The notes beneath the pieces are model-generated. The model saw only the letters and a program-made list of their open reading frames with translations. It made no database searches and was not told the DNA's origin. A stretch of DNA of 64,000 bases from an uncultured Lentisphaerales bacterium (GTDB lineage Bacteria > Verrucomicrobiota > Lentisphaeria > JABSQK01 > UBA12247): NCBI GenBank assembly GCA_943788985.1, contig CALSSJ010000020.1:24613-88612 (forward strand). The letters run 5' to 3'. This document shows positions 20,117 through 29,987 of this stretch, piece after piece (the first letter of the stretch is position 1; every line of letters begins with the position of its first letter). The translations under genes and the position numbers were made by a program.

Positions 20117-21654
20117 TGCTCGCCAAGACTTTCAGCGCGGCACTCAAGGGTGTCGACGCATTTACTGTCGAGATCGAAGTAAATGCGACATTTGCCGGGG
20201 AAAAAACGCAGGTTTCCATCGTCGGCCTGCCGGATACGGCAGTGCGCGAGAGCAAGGAGCGCGTGCATTCCGCCCTCACCTCTTCCGGCTACTTTCACCC
20301 GCACGGCTTCACCACGGTGAATCTAGCCCCTGCGGACATCAAAAAAGTGGGAGCGGGCTTCGACCTGCCGATCGCAATCGGTATCATGGCTACCGGCGAC
20401 GCCATGGGCGGTGTCGACCTCAGCCGTACGCTGCTAGTCGGGGAGCTCGCGCTCGACGGCGCGATACGCCCTACACGCGGTGCCCTGTCCATCGCGGTTC
20501 ACGCGCGCCATCACGGCTACCACACCCTCATTCTGCCGAGCGAGAATGCGCATGAGGCCGCCATCGTGGACGGAATCCAGGTGATCGGCGTCAAGCACTT
20601 GACCGAAGCCACAGAAGTATTAAAAGGCCAGTCGCTCATTGAGCCAACGGTGATCGATGCTCTGGAGTACTTCTCCACACACATCGACACCAGCTTGGAT
20701 TTTGCCGACATCAAGGGCCAAGAGACAGCCAAGCGCGCGGTCCAAGTAGCCGCTGCTGGCGGCCACAATTGCTTGCTGGTCGGCCCTCCAGGCACAGGCA
20801 AGAGCATGATCGCCAAGCGGCTCCCAGCCATTCTGCCATTGATGTCTCTCGAAGAAGCCATCGAAACCACCCGCATTCACAGCGTCGCTGGCCATCTCCC
20901 AATCGGCCAGCCGTTGCTCGTCGCGCGGCCGTTTCGCTCGCCGCATCACACGATCAGCGACGCGGGCATGCTGGGGGGCCAGAGCAACCCACAGCCTGGC
21001 GAGATCAGCCTGGCCCACCACGGTATCCTTTTCCTCGACGAGCTCCCCGAGTTCCCCCGCAAGGCCCTCGAAGTGCTGCGCCAGCCCATGGAGGATGGCC
21101 AAGTCACCATTTCCCGGGCAGCCGGTTCTTGCACCTTCCCCGCGCGCTTTCAATTGATCGCCGCGATGAATCCGTGCCCTTGTGGGCACTATGGCAGTTC
21201 TGGGCAGCGAACCTGCCGCTGTTCATCGTCCCAGGTCCGCAAGTATCGTTCTCGGCTCTCTGGTCCATTGCTCGACCGCATCGACATCCATGTCGAAGTC
21301 GCCAGCCTATCCGAGGACGAGCTAATGAAGCGCCCCACCGGCGAATCATCCCAAGTTCTGCGCGACCGTGTACAAGCTGCCCGCAGCAAGCAGTCAGAGC
21401 GGTTTGCGGACTCCGCAACGCACTGCAATGCGCAGATGACGTCCAAGGAACTCCGCGAGCACTGCGAGCTGGACGATCCTGCGGCACAACTGCTCAAGCT
21501 CGCGCTCAGCGAGATGGGCATCAGCGCCCGCGCCTACGACCGCATTCTGCGCGTAGCGCGAACCATTGCCGACCTGAACGGCAGTGAGATCCTGTCGATC
21601 CCCGAGATCTCCGAGGCCATCCAATACCGCAGCCTCGACCGAGAACTCTGGTAG
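20116..21654 (+). CDS. comM: ComM/YifB Mg-chelatase-like AAA+ ATPase
   Basis: VGLPDTAVRES, NLAPADIKK, GPPGTGKSM, RPFRSPHHT, LFLDELPEF, MNPCPCG, SGPLLDRID, RILRVARTIADL. Confidence 0.95.
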   Translation: MLAKTFSAALKGVDAFTVEIEVNATFAGEKTQVSIVGLPDTAVRESKERVHSALTSSGYFHPHGFTTVNLAPADIKKVGAGFDLPIAIGIMATGDAMGGVDLSRTLLVGELALDGAIRPTRGALSIAVHARHHGYHTLILPSENAHEAAIVDGIQVIGVKHLTEATEVLKGQSLIEPTVIDALEYFSTHIDTSLDFADIKGQETAKRAVQVAAAGGHNCLLVGPPGTGKSMIAKRLPAILPLMSLEEAIETTRIHSVAGHLPIGQPLLVARPFRSPHHTISDAGMLGGQSNPQPGEISLAHHGILFLDELPEFPRKALEVLRQPMEDGQVTISRAAGSCTFPARFQLIAAMNPCPCGHYGSSGQRTCRCSSSQVRKYRSRLSGPLLDRIDIHVEVASLSEDELMKRPTGESSQVLRDRVQAARSKQSERFADSATHCNAQMTSKELREHCELDDPAAQLLKLALSEMGISARAYDRILRVARTIADLNGSEILSIPEISEAIQYRSLDRELW

Positions 21655-21754
21655 CAGAGTTTATCCACACAGTGAGAATTATGCCACTCTTTCCCCTAAA
21701 GTCGGCTTGGTGTGGAGCAGCCCTGAATCTGCATAATTGCAGATGGAATAAGAT

Positions 21755-22813
21755 ATGATCCCTGACGCCTTTACCCCCTCCTTTACCATTACCAACCGCA
21801 TGACGGCGGCGATCACACAGATCGAGCGCGCGCGCGGTTTTCTGGAGGCAGCCCAACTTTCAGGCGAGTGGGTGAGGGAGATGAGCGACAAGGCACTGAT
21901 TCGCGAGGCGCATCACAGCACCCACATAGAAGGCACCCAGCTGACACTGGAGCAGTCCACGCGCTTGTGGCAGGGCGAGTCTCTGCCGAACGTCAATCCG
22001 GAGGATGCGCGGGAGTTAACGAATTTTCGCGACGCGTTTACTTTCGTTTCCGACTTTCTTGAGGCCGGTGACCCGATTACCGAGGGCATGATCCGCGAGA
22101 TTCATCGCTATCTGGTGACAGGTGTGCGCGGTGGTGCCGCTGCACCTGGTGATTACCGGCGGCTCCAGAACTTCGTCTCGAACTCTGCAACGGGAGCGGT
22201 GATCTATACCCCACCGAGCGCGGTGGAGGTGCCATTAATGATGTCGGAGCTCGTAAAGTGGCTGAATGCTGACCTGGAGATTCACCCCGTTCTCGTGAGC
22301 GGAATTGCGCAATTTCAGCTGGTTCACATCCATCCATTCCTGGATGGCAACGGGCGTACGTCGCGTTTACTCTCCACGCTCTGCCTATACAAGAGCGGCT
22401 ACGACTTCAAGCGCCTTTTCACAATCAGTGATTTTTACGACCGCGACCGTCGCGCCTTCTACGATGCCATTCAAGGCGTGCAAGACAACGGCATGGACAT
22501 GACTCACTGGCTGGAATACTTCGTCACTGGGCTCGAGACGCAGATGCTAGAGGTACGAATACGCGGCGAACAAGTGATCCGTCGTGATGTGTTAGTACGG
22601 CAGCACAGTTTGAATAAACGACAAGAAGGAGCATTGGGTTTGGCGCTGAGCAATGGCCGTTTTGAGATCATCGATTTCGAATCAGCTTGCCCCGCGGTCA
22701 GCAAGAGAACACTACAACGAGACCTGAGTGGCTTGCTTGCTGCTGGCCTGATCAAGGAAGTTGGCGCTGGCCCCACAGATCCCACCCGGCACTATGTTCT
22801 GAATGAGCTATGA
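21755..22813 (+). CDS. Fic family protein with N-terminal autoinhibitory motif and C-terminal wHTH
   Basis: Canonical [18 protein letters not shown] inhibitory motif; DeoR-like [12 protein letters not shown]. Confidence 0.93.
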   Translation: MIPDAFTPSFTITNRMTAAITQIERARGFLEAAQLSGEWVREMSDKALIREAHHSTHIEGTQLTLEQSTRLWQGESLPNVNPEDARELTNFRDAFTFVSDFLEAGDPITEGMIREIHRYLVTGVRGGAAAPGDYRRLQNFVSNSATGAVIYTPPSAVEVPLMMSELVKWLNADLEIHPVLVSGIAQFQLVHIHPFLDGNGRTSRLLSTLCLYKSGYDFKRLFTISDFYDRDRRAFYDAIQGVQDNGMDMTHWLEYFVTGLETQMLEVRIRGEQVIRRDVLVRQHSLNKRQEGALGLALSNGRFEIIDFESACPAVSKRTLQRDLSGLLAAGLIKEVGAGPTDPTRHYVLNEL

Positions 22814-22848
22814 CAAGCTATGACACGGAGCTGTGACAAGCTATGACA
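22806..22848 (+). repeat. Four decamer direct repeats AGCTRTGACA
   Basis: Copies at 22806, 22816, 22829 and 22839, overlapping the Fic stop codon. Confidence 0.9.
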
Positions 22849-22874
22849 TCTTTGCTTCCAAAATCATCCTACAT

Positions 22875-23096
22875 CAGCCATGGAAGATGGCCAGGTCACC
22901 ATTTCACGAGCAACCGATTCCCGCAGCGCAACTACTCAAGCTCGCGCTCAGCGAGATGGGAATCAGCGCCCGCGCCTTCGACCGCATTCTGCGCGTAGCG
23001 CGAACCATTGCCGACCTGAACGGCAGTGAGGTCCTCTCGATCCCCGAGATCTCCGAGGCAATCCAATACCGCAGCCTCGATCGGGAACTCTGGTAA
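22875..23096 (+). pseudogene. Duplicated, internally deleted 3' part of comM
   Basis: 22875-22921 matches 21082-21129 (QPMEDGQVTISRA); 22923-23096 matches 21481-21654 with about 11 substitutions by eye. Confidence 0.92.
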
Positions 23097-23161
23097 ACAG
23101 CGAATTTTGCCCTGGCCTAACGGCACGCCGCAAAGCAATCGACTCGAGTCGAGCCCTTAGT

Positions 23162-23194
23162 TGCTATGACATGGAGCTGTGACAAGCAATGACG
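23162..23194 (+). repeat. Second block of three decamer repeats (copy of 22817-22847)
   Basis: GCTATGACATGGAGCTGTGACAAGCAATGAC vs GCTATGACACGGAGCTGTGACAAGCTATGAC (2 mismatches in 31 bp). Confidence 0.88.
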
Positions 23195-23323
23195 CATTCT
23201 TGGCGCCACAGCGTCACTCCGGCCTCCATTCTCAGCCGGCCACCAGCGTAGTCTCAGTAATGCTGGCCACTGCTGTGCTCTTGTCAGTAAAGAGTGAATC
23301 TAGCCAGCGTATACGCCTGCGCA

Positions 23324-23608
23324 TCAGGCAACATCAATTCCTAGTTCGAACAACAGGCGCCGTGTCGCAAGAATATCAGGCGCGTTCATTCGGAGGCGGT
23401 CCGCTGTGGCACGTCCCACACCTGTCTTCCCAAGAATCCGCAGGTCGGCGCTCCAGGAAAAGTGTTCTTGCCAACTATCCTGCCGAGGATTGAACAAGCG
23501 GCAACGCTTGCCCGATTCTGGTTCCTGTGCGGACTCAAACGCCCACTTCTGAGCGTTGCAACGCGGGCAGGGGATACTACTTCTATTCAGGTTCCGTTGT
23601 TGACTCAA
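23324..23608 (-). pseudogene. HNH endonuclease, C-terminal fragment
   Basis: CPRCNAQK...RLFNPRQDSWQEHFSW..LGKTGVGRATADRLRMN; the N-terminal CxxC/DH region is absent. Confidence 0.75.
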
Positions 23609-23856
23609 GGGCCACGCATGAGTAGCCTTTCAATTCAAGGACGAAAACGCCCGGGAAGTAGGCCACGATTAATGACCGGCGCCAATGGATTGGTGCACTC
23701 TTTCTGCTTCGAAACAATCGCATAGTGTATGGCTCTTAACGCGGAAATAATGCGGGCGCTCCACCCGCGCTCCCAGCGAAGACTGTCCAAGATTGGGACA
23801 GTCCTCGCGGCACTGATCGCACCACGAGAGGCTAGAGGTGCTCAGGCTCCGCAGCG

Positions 23857-24580
23857 TTATTTCTTTTCCTCTTGGGCGTCTTCGGCTTTTGGGGGCCCGG
23901 TGGCACGCCGTGGGTGTCTTACACGCCATTGTCACCGGTGATGTTTGGGGCCTTGCCGTGGTAGGCTTGGCAATCCTAATCCAGGACGGGGGTGCCAACC
24001 CAGCACTGGCCGTCCTCTGGCTTAAGCCAGTCGTAAGCGGTATGGCCAAGGTGCGTGGTATGATAGATGAAGAAAGGCTTGTTCTGTTTTTGCTGGCGTT
24101 CTATGAAGTTAAAGGCGAAGCCTAGCTCTATGTCTGGCCCGTAGCTGTGCAGCCCGAAGTTCTGCTTGGATTCCGCGGAGTTGTGACACCCACTGAGTGT
24201 ACCGGGCGCAGCGGGGCGGTTCATTAGCCGCAAATCTGGGTAACAGTACCAGCCGTGCTTGAGTAGGTGTCCCGGACCTTGCCGGTGTCGTCGATCAACT
24301 CGCCCGTGGCCTTATTCTCCCACCACTTTTGGCGCTGCAGACGGTGGCGGCCCAGGCAATCTTGATCCAGCAGTCTTCTCACGCCATGCGATCCATGGCC
24401 GGGGTCTTGGCCCGGTACTTGGGACTGGAGGTGTCCTCACGCTCGGGTTCGGTCTAGACGCTGCTGCCGTAGATGGGAAATTCTCGGGCACTGATGTCGC
24501 CAGCAAAGTAAACGATGATGTTGGGCCTGTCGGCTGCGACGAGGTATGACGCAGCCAAAGCCAGAAGTAGCGCGGCCTTT
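23857..24580 (-). pseudogene. Sulfatase pseudogene
   Basis: Manual translation [27 protein letters not shown]...AKTPAMDRMA*..WAATVCS, then YGPDIELGFAFNFIERQ..KPFFIYH; stops and deletions present. Confidence 0.75.
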
Positions 24581-26076
24581 ACCGGCGGCCCGGCGCAGTC
24601 GGTACCCCCGATTCCAACACGTCCTGGTATTCCGCAGACATGCGCTTGACGATGACGCTAAGCTCTGGATTCTTGATCAGGTTCTTGGTCTCCCCCGGAT
24701 CCTGTTCGAGATTATAGAGGGCCTTGGGCTCAAACGTCGTGCGCTTCCAGTTCGTCTGAATGATCAGCTTCCACGGGGCCTTGCGGTACATGAGTTGCTT
24801 ACCAGCGCCAGCCTGATGCATGAAGTAGTCGCGCCGCTGGAACCCGTCCTTGCCGAGGAGCAGCGGCAGCAAGTTGTTCGAATCGAGCGCCTGTCCATCG
24901 GGGAGCTCTGTACCGAGCAAGGCAGCGAACGTGGCGACGAAATCCTGACTCACAGCCAGCTCGTCGGTACTCCCCGGTTCGATATGCCCCGGCCAAACGG
25001 CGAAGAACGGCACACGATGCCCACCTTCTAACGGCGAATTTTTGGAGCCGTTCCAGCCACCGCCAGGTTGGTAACCCAGCTTGGATGCATTCCAATCTAC
25101 CAGTCCGCCATTGTCGGAGGTTAAGATAAAGAGCGTGTTGTCGAGGGTGCCGCTGGCTAGCAGCGCATCGACGATTCGCTTGACCTGCATGTCGAGATCT
25201 GCGAGCAGATCCAGGTGAGCGGTCGGACCAGATCCTTTGACTTTGCGCCCATCAAACTCAGCTGTCGGACGGTGCGGCAAGTGGACGGTGTGTGTGCAAT
25301 AGTAGAGAAAGAAGGGATCTTCCTTTTCGGCACTGGCTTTGATGAAGTCTACGGCCTTGGCAGAGATCACCTTCCCTAACTCACGAGCGTCCCAGTTTGT
25401 ATCGCCCATTCCCGGGCCTTTGTCGGAGATGTCTTTTGCATAGGGCGCGCTGTTTTTATCGAAGAAGATGATCTCAGAGTCCTTGGCCCAGGGATACCAG
25501 ACCTGGTTCTCGTAGAGTAGATAGATGGGGCCTTGGACGCCGCAGGTGCTGGTGAAGTCGTAGTCGAATCCGCAGTCCTTGGGACCACCGCCAACCATTT
25601 GGCGCAGGTCTACCTTTCCAGTCAGGTCTCCGTTCTTCGCCCCGCGATAGATGGTCTTGGTGCCTGGGATGTAAAAGTCGCCCCCAAGATGCCATTTGCC
25701 AATGAAGCCGGTGTTGTAGCCGGCATCGCGGACGACCGTCCCGAGCGTCACCTCTCCCGGTTTGAATGCCGTTTCGGCGAAGGTGCTCCAGACGCCCCAC
25801 GGCGCGTAGGAACGGTAGTTATTGTTTCCGCTCATTACCGCGTAACGCGTGGGCGCGCACAGGGCGGTGGCTGAATGGCCATCGCGAAACCAAAGGCTTT
25901 GCTGCGCCAGCGCATCAATATTCGGCGTCTCGACCAGCGGCTTCTTTTGCTGGTGTGAGCGAACGTGAAAGCTGATGTCGCCGTGCCCGACATCGTCGGC
26001 CAGAATGAGAACGATGTTCGGCCGGTCCCGCAGCCACGACGGTAAAGGCAAGCAGGGCTGCCAGGACTTGGATCAT
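24579..26076 (-). CDS. Arylsulfatase (formylglycine type); signal peptide out of frame by one base
   Basis: [46 protein letters not shown] at 26076 gives [16 protein letters not shown], which joins the main frame if one base of the C run at 26027-26029 is removed. Confidence 0.9.
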
Positions 26077-26320
26077 AGATGATTTCAACACGGCTGTTTC
26101 CTACCTTCAGAATTCGCGTTTGCGTCGTGGCCAACAGCCGGGGCCGCCGCAGGGCGCGAGGGGATAGAAAAGGAGGCCAAGGCCGCCGGGAGCACCAAGG
26201 CTGGAACCACCAGTAGACCGCTTGGGGACCTGCATCAGCATAAACAGCAGCGTGGCTACTGGCCCGATTATTGACCATCCTCTTCTTTCTTCCATGCCTA
26301 TATTCCGCGGCCGGCTTTCT

Positions 26321-27424
26321 TCAGAGGTCGTAGTAGGCCTGTTCGGAGACCTTAGACCAAACGCTAATGTTCTCACGAAACGCGCGGTATGACTCGTAGA
26401 CCCGCTTGGTAAACGGATCTCCGGCCATCCCGTCCAGGACTTCGGTGGCATGCTTGCGCAGTCCGCTAAGGACGTCCTCAGGAAATGGGAGGATCTTGGT
26501 CTTGCCTGCGGCACGAAGCTCCACGAGCGCTGTGGAGTTCGCGGCATCCATGCGGCTGAGCAGCAGCATGTTGGAGCGAGCAGCAGCCGCCGTAACGATG
26601 GCTTGTAGGTCGGCTGGTAGTTCGTCGTATGCGGCCTTATTGACCATCATCTCCAAGGTGGAGCCGGGCTCATGCCAACCGGGATAATAGTAGTAGTCTG
26701 CGACTTTATGCAGACCGAGCTTGGTGTCGTGAAACGGACCGATAAACTCAGTAGCGTCGATACGGCCGCGTTCAAGGCTGGTGTAGATCTCGCCACCTGG
26801 GGTGAGCTCGGCCTTGCCGCCGGCTGCGGAGAGGACTTCGCCCCCTAGGCCGGGTATTCGCATTTTGAGTCCCTTGAGATCACTCAGGGAGCCAATCTCG
26901 TTCCTGAACCAACCGCCCATCTGCACGCCGGTGTTGCCGATGGCAAATGGAACCAGCCCAAAGCCGGCATACAACTCACGCCAGAGTTCCATGCCGCCGC
27001 CTGCAAGTAGCCAGGCGTTCATCTGTTGGGCGTTGAAACCGAATGGCACGGTGGTGAAGAATTGCGCGGCAGCGGATTTTCCCTTCCAGTAGTAAGCAGC
27101 GCTGTGCCCCATCTGGGCGCTGCCCTGCGCCACGGCGTCGAACACGCCGAGAGCTGGAACCAGCTCACCAGCGCCGTGGACCTGAATAGTCAGGCGTCCG
27201 CTTGACATGGCAGCAATCCAGGCAGCAATCTCTTCGGCAGACTCCTGCAACACCGGAAAGTTTGCTGGCCACGCGGTGACCATCTGCCACTCATAGTGCT
27301 TACCGCTCGCACCGCCGCCCGCAGCAGGGCCTTGCTGCGGAGCGCAGCCGCTGAGTGCAGCCGCGCCTCCAACAATTCCCGCGTGCTTTAGAAACGAGCG
27401 CCGCGATACCTCCTCACCAGCCAT
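26321..27424 (-). CDS. TRAP transporter substrate-binding protein (DctP/TakP-like) with Tat signal
   Basis: SRRSFLK, HSAAYYWKGK, GNTGVQMGGWF, KMRIPGLGG, YYPGWHEPG. Confidence 0.92.
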   Translation of the reverse strand: MAGEEVSRRSFLKHAGIVGGAAALSGCAPQQGPAAGGGASGKHYEWQMVTAWPANFPVLQESAEEIAAWIAAMSSGRLTIQVHGAGELVPALGVFDAVAQGSAQMGHSAAYYWKGKSAAAQFFTTVPFGFNAQQMNAWLLAGGGMELWRELYAGFGLVPFAIGNTGVQMGGWFRNEIGSLSDLKGLKMRIPGLGGEVLSAAGGKAELTPGGEIYTSLERGRIDATEFIGPFHDTKLGLHKVADYYYYPGWHEPGSTLEMMVNKAAYDELPADLQAIVTAAAARSNMLLLSRMDAANSTALVELRAAGKTKILPFPEDVLSGLRKHATEVLDGMAGDPFTKRVYESYRAFRENISVWSKVSEQAYYDL

Positions 27425-27427
27425 GGC

Positions 27428-29491
27428 TTAGGCCTCTGCGAGCCTTAGCGAGGCTGTGATTTCCTCTGTAAGCTTGGCAATCCCCTTGACAGTCGCAGTC
27501 GCGCCAGTCGGCATGACTACGTCGTCGCCGATCTTCTTTCCCATCATCGCCTTGCCAAGTGGCGTGTCGAATGAGATGAGATGGCGTTTAGGGTCACTGT
27601 CCCAGAGCCCGACAATGTGGTAGGTCACATCCTTGCCCTCGAGCTTGATGGTGATGGACGCTCCGGGGATCACGATATCTCCAGGGATCACTTCACTGAA
27701 ATCTGTGCCCTGCACGGTCTTAAGGCCGCGTTCTAGCTCTTCTTGACGGGAACGAAGCAACCGCTGCTCTTCTTTGGCGGCCTTGAATTCTGCGTTCTCG
27801 CGAAGGTCCCCGTAGCTGCGGGCCAAGGAGATTTGGCGAATGTTCGCCGGGATCCGCTTCTCAACGATGTCTTTGAGCTCTGCCTGCCGTTGCTGAATGC
27901 TGGCGAACGAGCTTTTCTTGTCCATCGGACGGCGGGCGACGATTTTGCGCCGCTCCTCGACGATCTCCCGCGCTTCCGGATAGATCCGGCAGATTTTCAC
28001 AAGCAGGCTCTGTTGCTCGCCTTTATTCAGCACCTGGGTGTTCTTGGTGGTTTTAACCAGAGCCGAGATTCCGGCTTCGTCGCCGTCTCGCATCAGCCGC
28101 TTCTGGAACGACTGATCATCCACAACGAGCTTGAGCAAGTCGCGGCGCGCCTTGATGTAGTCGCCCTTTGCGGGTTTGTTCAGGACGCGGAAAATGGCGA
28201 TAGGATTAGAGAATGCGGTCTCGCGATGTGCTTTTTGCTTCCATAGCCAAACCACGATGTCAGCATTCGCCGTCCCCCGCCGGATGCTGTCGATAGCGAG
28301 TCGCTGCATGTCCTGCAGGTCGCCATCGTAGGCTTTCAGAATTCCTTCCACACCAGAGAGCAGGCGAGCGGGCAGCAGAATGATGACCACATCGAACCAT
28401 TCCCGGCCTCGGGCCTGAAACACGGCGTTGAGCCAGCCCACCACTTCCTTAGCGGAAAGCTTCTTGATTACATCGATGACCTCTTCGTGGGAACTCCAGG
28501 CGATGCTGTCTTGCGGAAGCGCGCCGATCATTTCTTTTTGCCAGTCGGCGCCGCCTGTTGCGAGCCATAGACGGCCCATAGCAGTGGCAAAGAACTGCTT
28601 GTTCATTGGCTTGCGCGCAGCAAAGTTGAACAGAGTGAGAATGTGCGCCTGCTTCTCTTCATCGGGCTCGATGCTGTCGACGCCATCAAGGCCGATAATC
28701 AGCTCTTCAAGGCTTCGTGCATTATCCCAAGTACGCTCTGCCTTGGGCGCGACTGCTTTGCTGGCAGTGGCCAATTTGGCATTCCGCCACTCGTCATAGT
28801 CCCGCTTGGCCATTAGCCGTGGAACGATAAGGCTGGCGGTCACAGGCCCGACTTTTCCGATTCGGGGGAGGAAGCTGGCGCCGATCTGTTCGTCCAGCTC
28901 TTTGGCCTCGACTTCAGGCTTCCAGCTGCCGATGCGGCCGGATAGCTCGGCGACTTTTGAAGCGGGCTTTGCGACAAACAGCGTCGCCAGGCTCTGGGCC
29001 ATGGAGAACGTCTGCCGAGTCTGAAACTTCACAGATACGAGATCACTGAACCCGTCAATCTCAGTCACGGTGCCAAGGCCGAACGAATTATGCCAGACGA
29101 TAGAGTCTTCCCTAAAAATCTTGATGATCTCCAATCTCTGGCGCACGACTCGAATATCGATCTTGCTGTCGAGAACTGCGGAGGCCTTAATCAGGCCGGC
29201 CGGATCAGGATAGTCGCCGTGTTCTTTGCGCACGCTTGCAGCGATGGTGTCGCGGACAGCCATCACATCTACGCCCAGCCGAGCAGCATGTAGGGCTAAG
29301 TCGCGCAGTTGAGGGTTAGCCGCAGCCGCGTCGGGGTCCTCAAGAATCACCGGGAGGCCTTCTGCGAGCGCGCTGTTCTCTGCGGCTTCCAACGCCTTCT
29401 GCTGAGCAAGTCCTTCCAAAAGTTTTGCGATAGCTGCTGAATCGTTCTCAGCCACGCCCAAGATATTCGCCTCAAGTTCGTCTATTGTCAT
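27428..29491 (-). CDS. greA: Transcription elongation factor GreA with long N-terminal extension
   Basis: C-terminal ARSYGDLRENAEFKAAKEEQ and ISFDTPLGKAMMGKKIGD; about 540-aa N-terminal extension as in Chlamydia/PVC GreA. Confidence 0.85.
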   Translation of the reverse strand: MTIDELEANILGVAENDSAAIAKLLEGLAQQKALEAAENSALAEGLPVILEDPDAAAANPQLRDLALHAARLGVDVMAVRDTIAASVRKEHGDYPDPAGLIKASAVLDSKIDIRVVRQRLEIIKIFREDSIVWHNSFGLGTVTEIDGFSDLVSVKFQTRQTFSMAQSLATLFVAKPASKVAELSGRIGSWKPEVEAKELDEQIGASFLPRIGKVGPVTASLIVPRLMAKRDYDEWRNAKLATASKAVAPKAERTWDNARSLEELIIGLDGVDSIEPDEEKQAHILTLFNFAARKPMNKQFFATAMGRLWLATGGADWQKEMIGALPQDSIAWSSHEEVIDVIKKLSAKEVVGWLNAVFQARGREWFDVVIILLPARLLSGVEGILKAYDGDLQDMQRLAIDSIRRGTANADIVVWLWKQKAHRETAFSNPIAIFRVLNKPAKGDYIKARRDLLKLVVDDQSFQKRLMRDGDEAGISALVKTTKNTQVLNKGEQQSLLVKICRIYPEAREIVEERRKIVARRPMDKKSSFASIQQRQAELKDIVEKRIPANIRQISLARSYGDLRENAEFKAAKEEQRLLRSRQEELERGLKTVQGTDFSEVIPGDIVIPGASITIKLEGKDVTYHIVGLWDSDPKRHLISFDTPLGKAMMGKKIGDDVVMPTGATATVKGIAKLTEEITASLRLAEA

Positions 29492-29501
29492 GTCGTCCCC
29501 G

Positions 29502-29987
29502 TTATTGATTTCTACCAAAAGTTTTATAGTTCTTCTCGGCTGCCTCAGCGATCAACATCGCGTCATCTGCCTGCAAGCGAATCGGCACCAGAATCGAGCC
29601 CGATCCCGGATAGGACCGCGCCACAAAAGTCCCGCGATAAATACCGTCTACCATGAACACGAGCCGCCTGCCATGATAGTCAATGGCGGCCTGCGTCCAC
29701 AAGTTTTCACCATGGCGATCTAGATGCAAGGCGAGGTGAAAGGTACCATCCCGCGATTCGAGTGCCTCTGCACTTGCGATACCTGGTGAGGCAAGCATTG
29801 GCAACCTACGCACATACAGCCTCTGGCCATCGACCATAATCGCGCGTTCGAACTTGCCCATACGGGGTGAAACCCGCGGAATTAGTTCGTGAATCGTGAT
29901 TAGCTGGTGTCGCTTATAGAACGAGTCTTCAAATGTCTCGCAGCCTGTAAGTAGGGCCACCGCAATGAGAAGTGCTACGCACTTCAT
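29502..29987 (-). CDS. Lipoprotein with possible SecDF P1-head-like domain
   Basis: Lipobox LLTGC; LHLDRHGENLW...HGRRLVFMVDG. Confidence 0.6.
   Translation of the reverse strand: MKCVALLIAVALLTGCETFEDSFYKRHQLITIHELIPRVSPRMGKFERAIMVDGQRLYVRRLPMLASPGIASAEALESRDGTFHLALHLDRHGENLWTQAAIDYHGRRLVFMVDGIYRGTFVARSYPGSGSILVPIRLQADDAMLIAEAAEKNYKTFGRNQ

Noticed and set aside
20769..21587. 272-aa alternate-frame ORF within comM
   Set aside because: Arg/Pro-rich off-frame product typical of high-GC coding sequence.
21661..21669. Perfect DnaA box TTATCCACA right after comM, suggesting oriC
   Set aside because: Single box in a 100-bp gap; no cluster, AT-rich unwinding element or dnaA/dnaN nearby.
22806..23194. 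Decamer repeats as a CRISPR array
   Set aside because: Repeats are 10 bp and adjacent, with no unique spacers and no cas genes.
26107..26296. Small membrane protein MEERRGWSIIGPVATLLFMLM...
   Set aside because: Plausible start, but the downstream frame is ambiguous; insufficient support.
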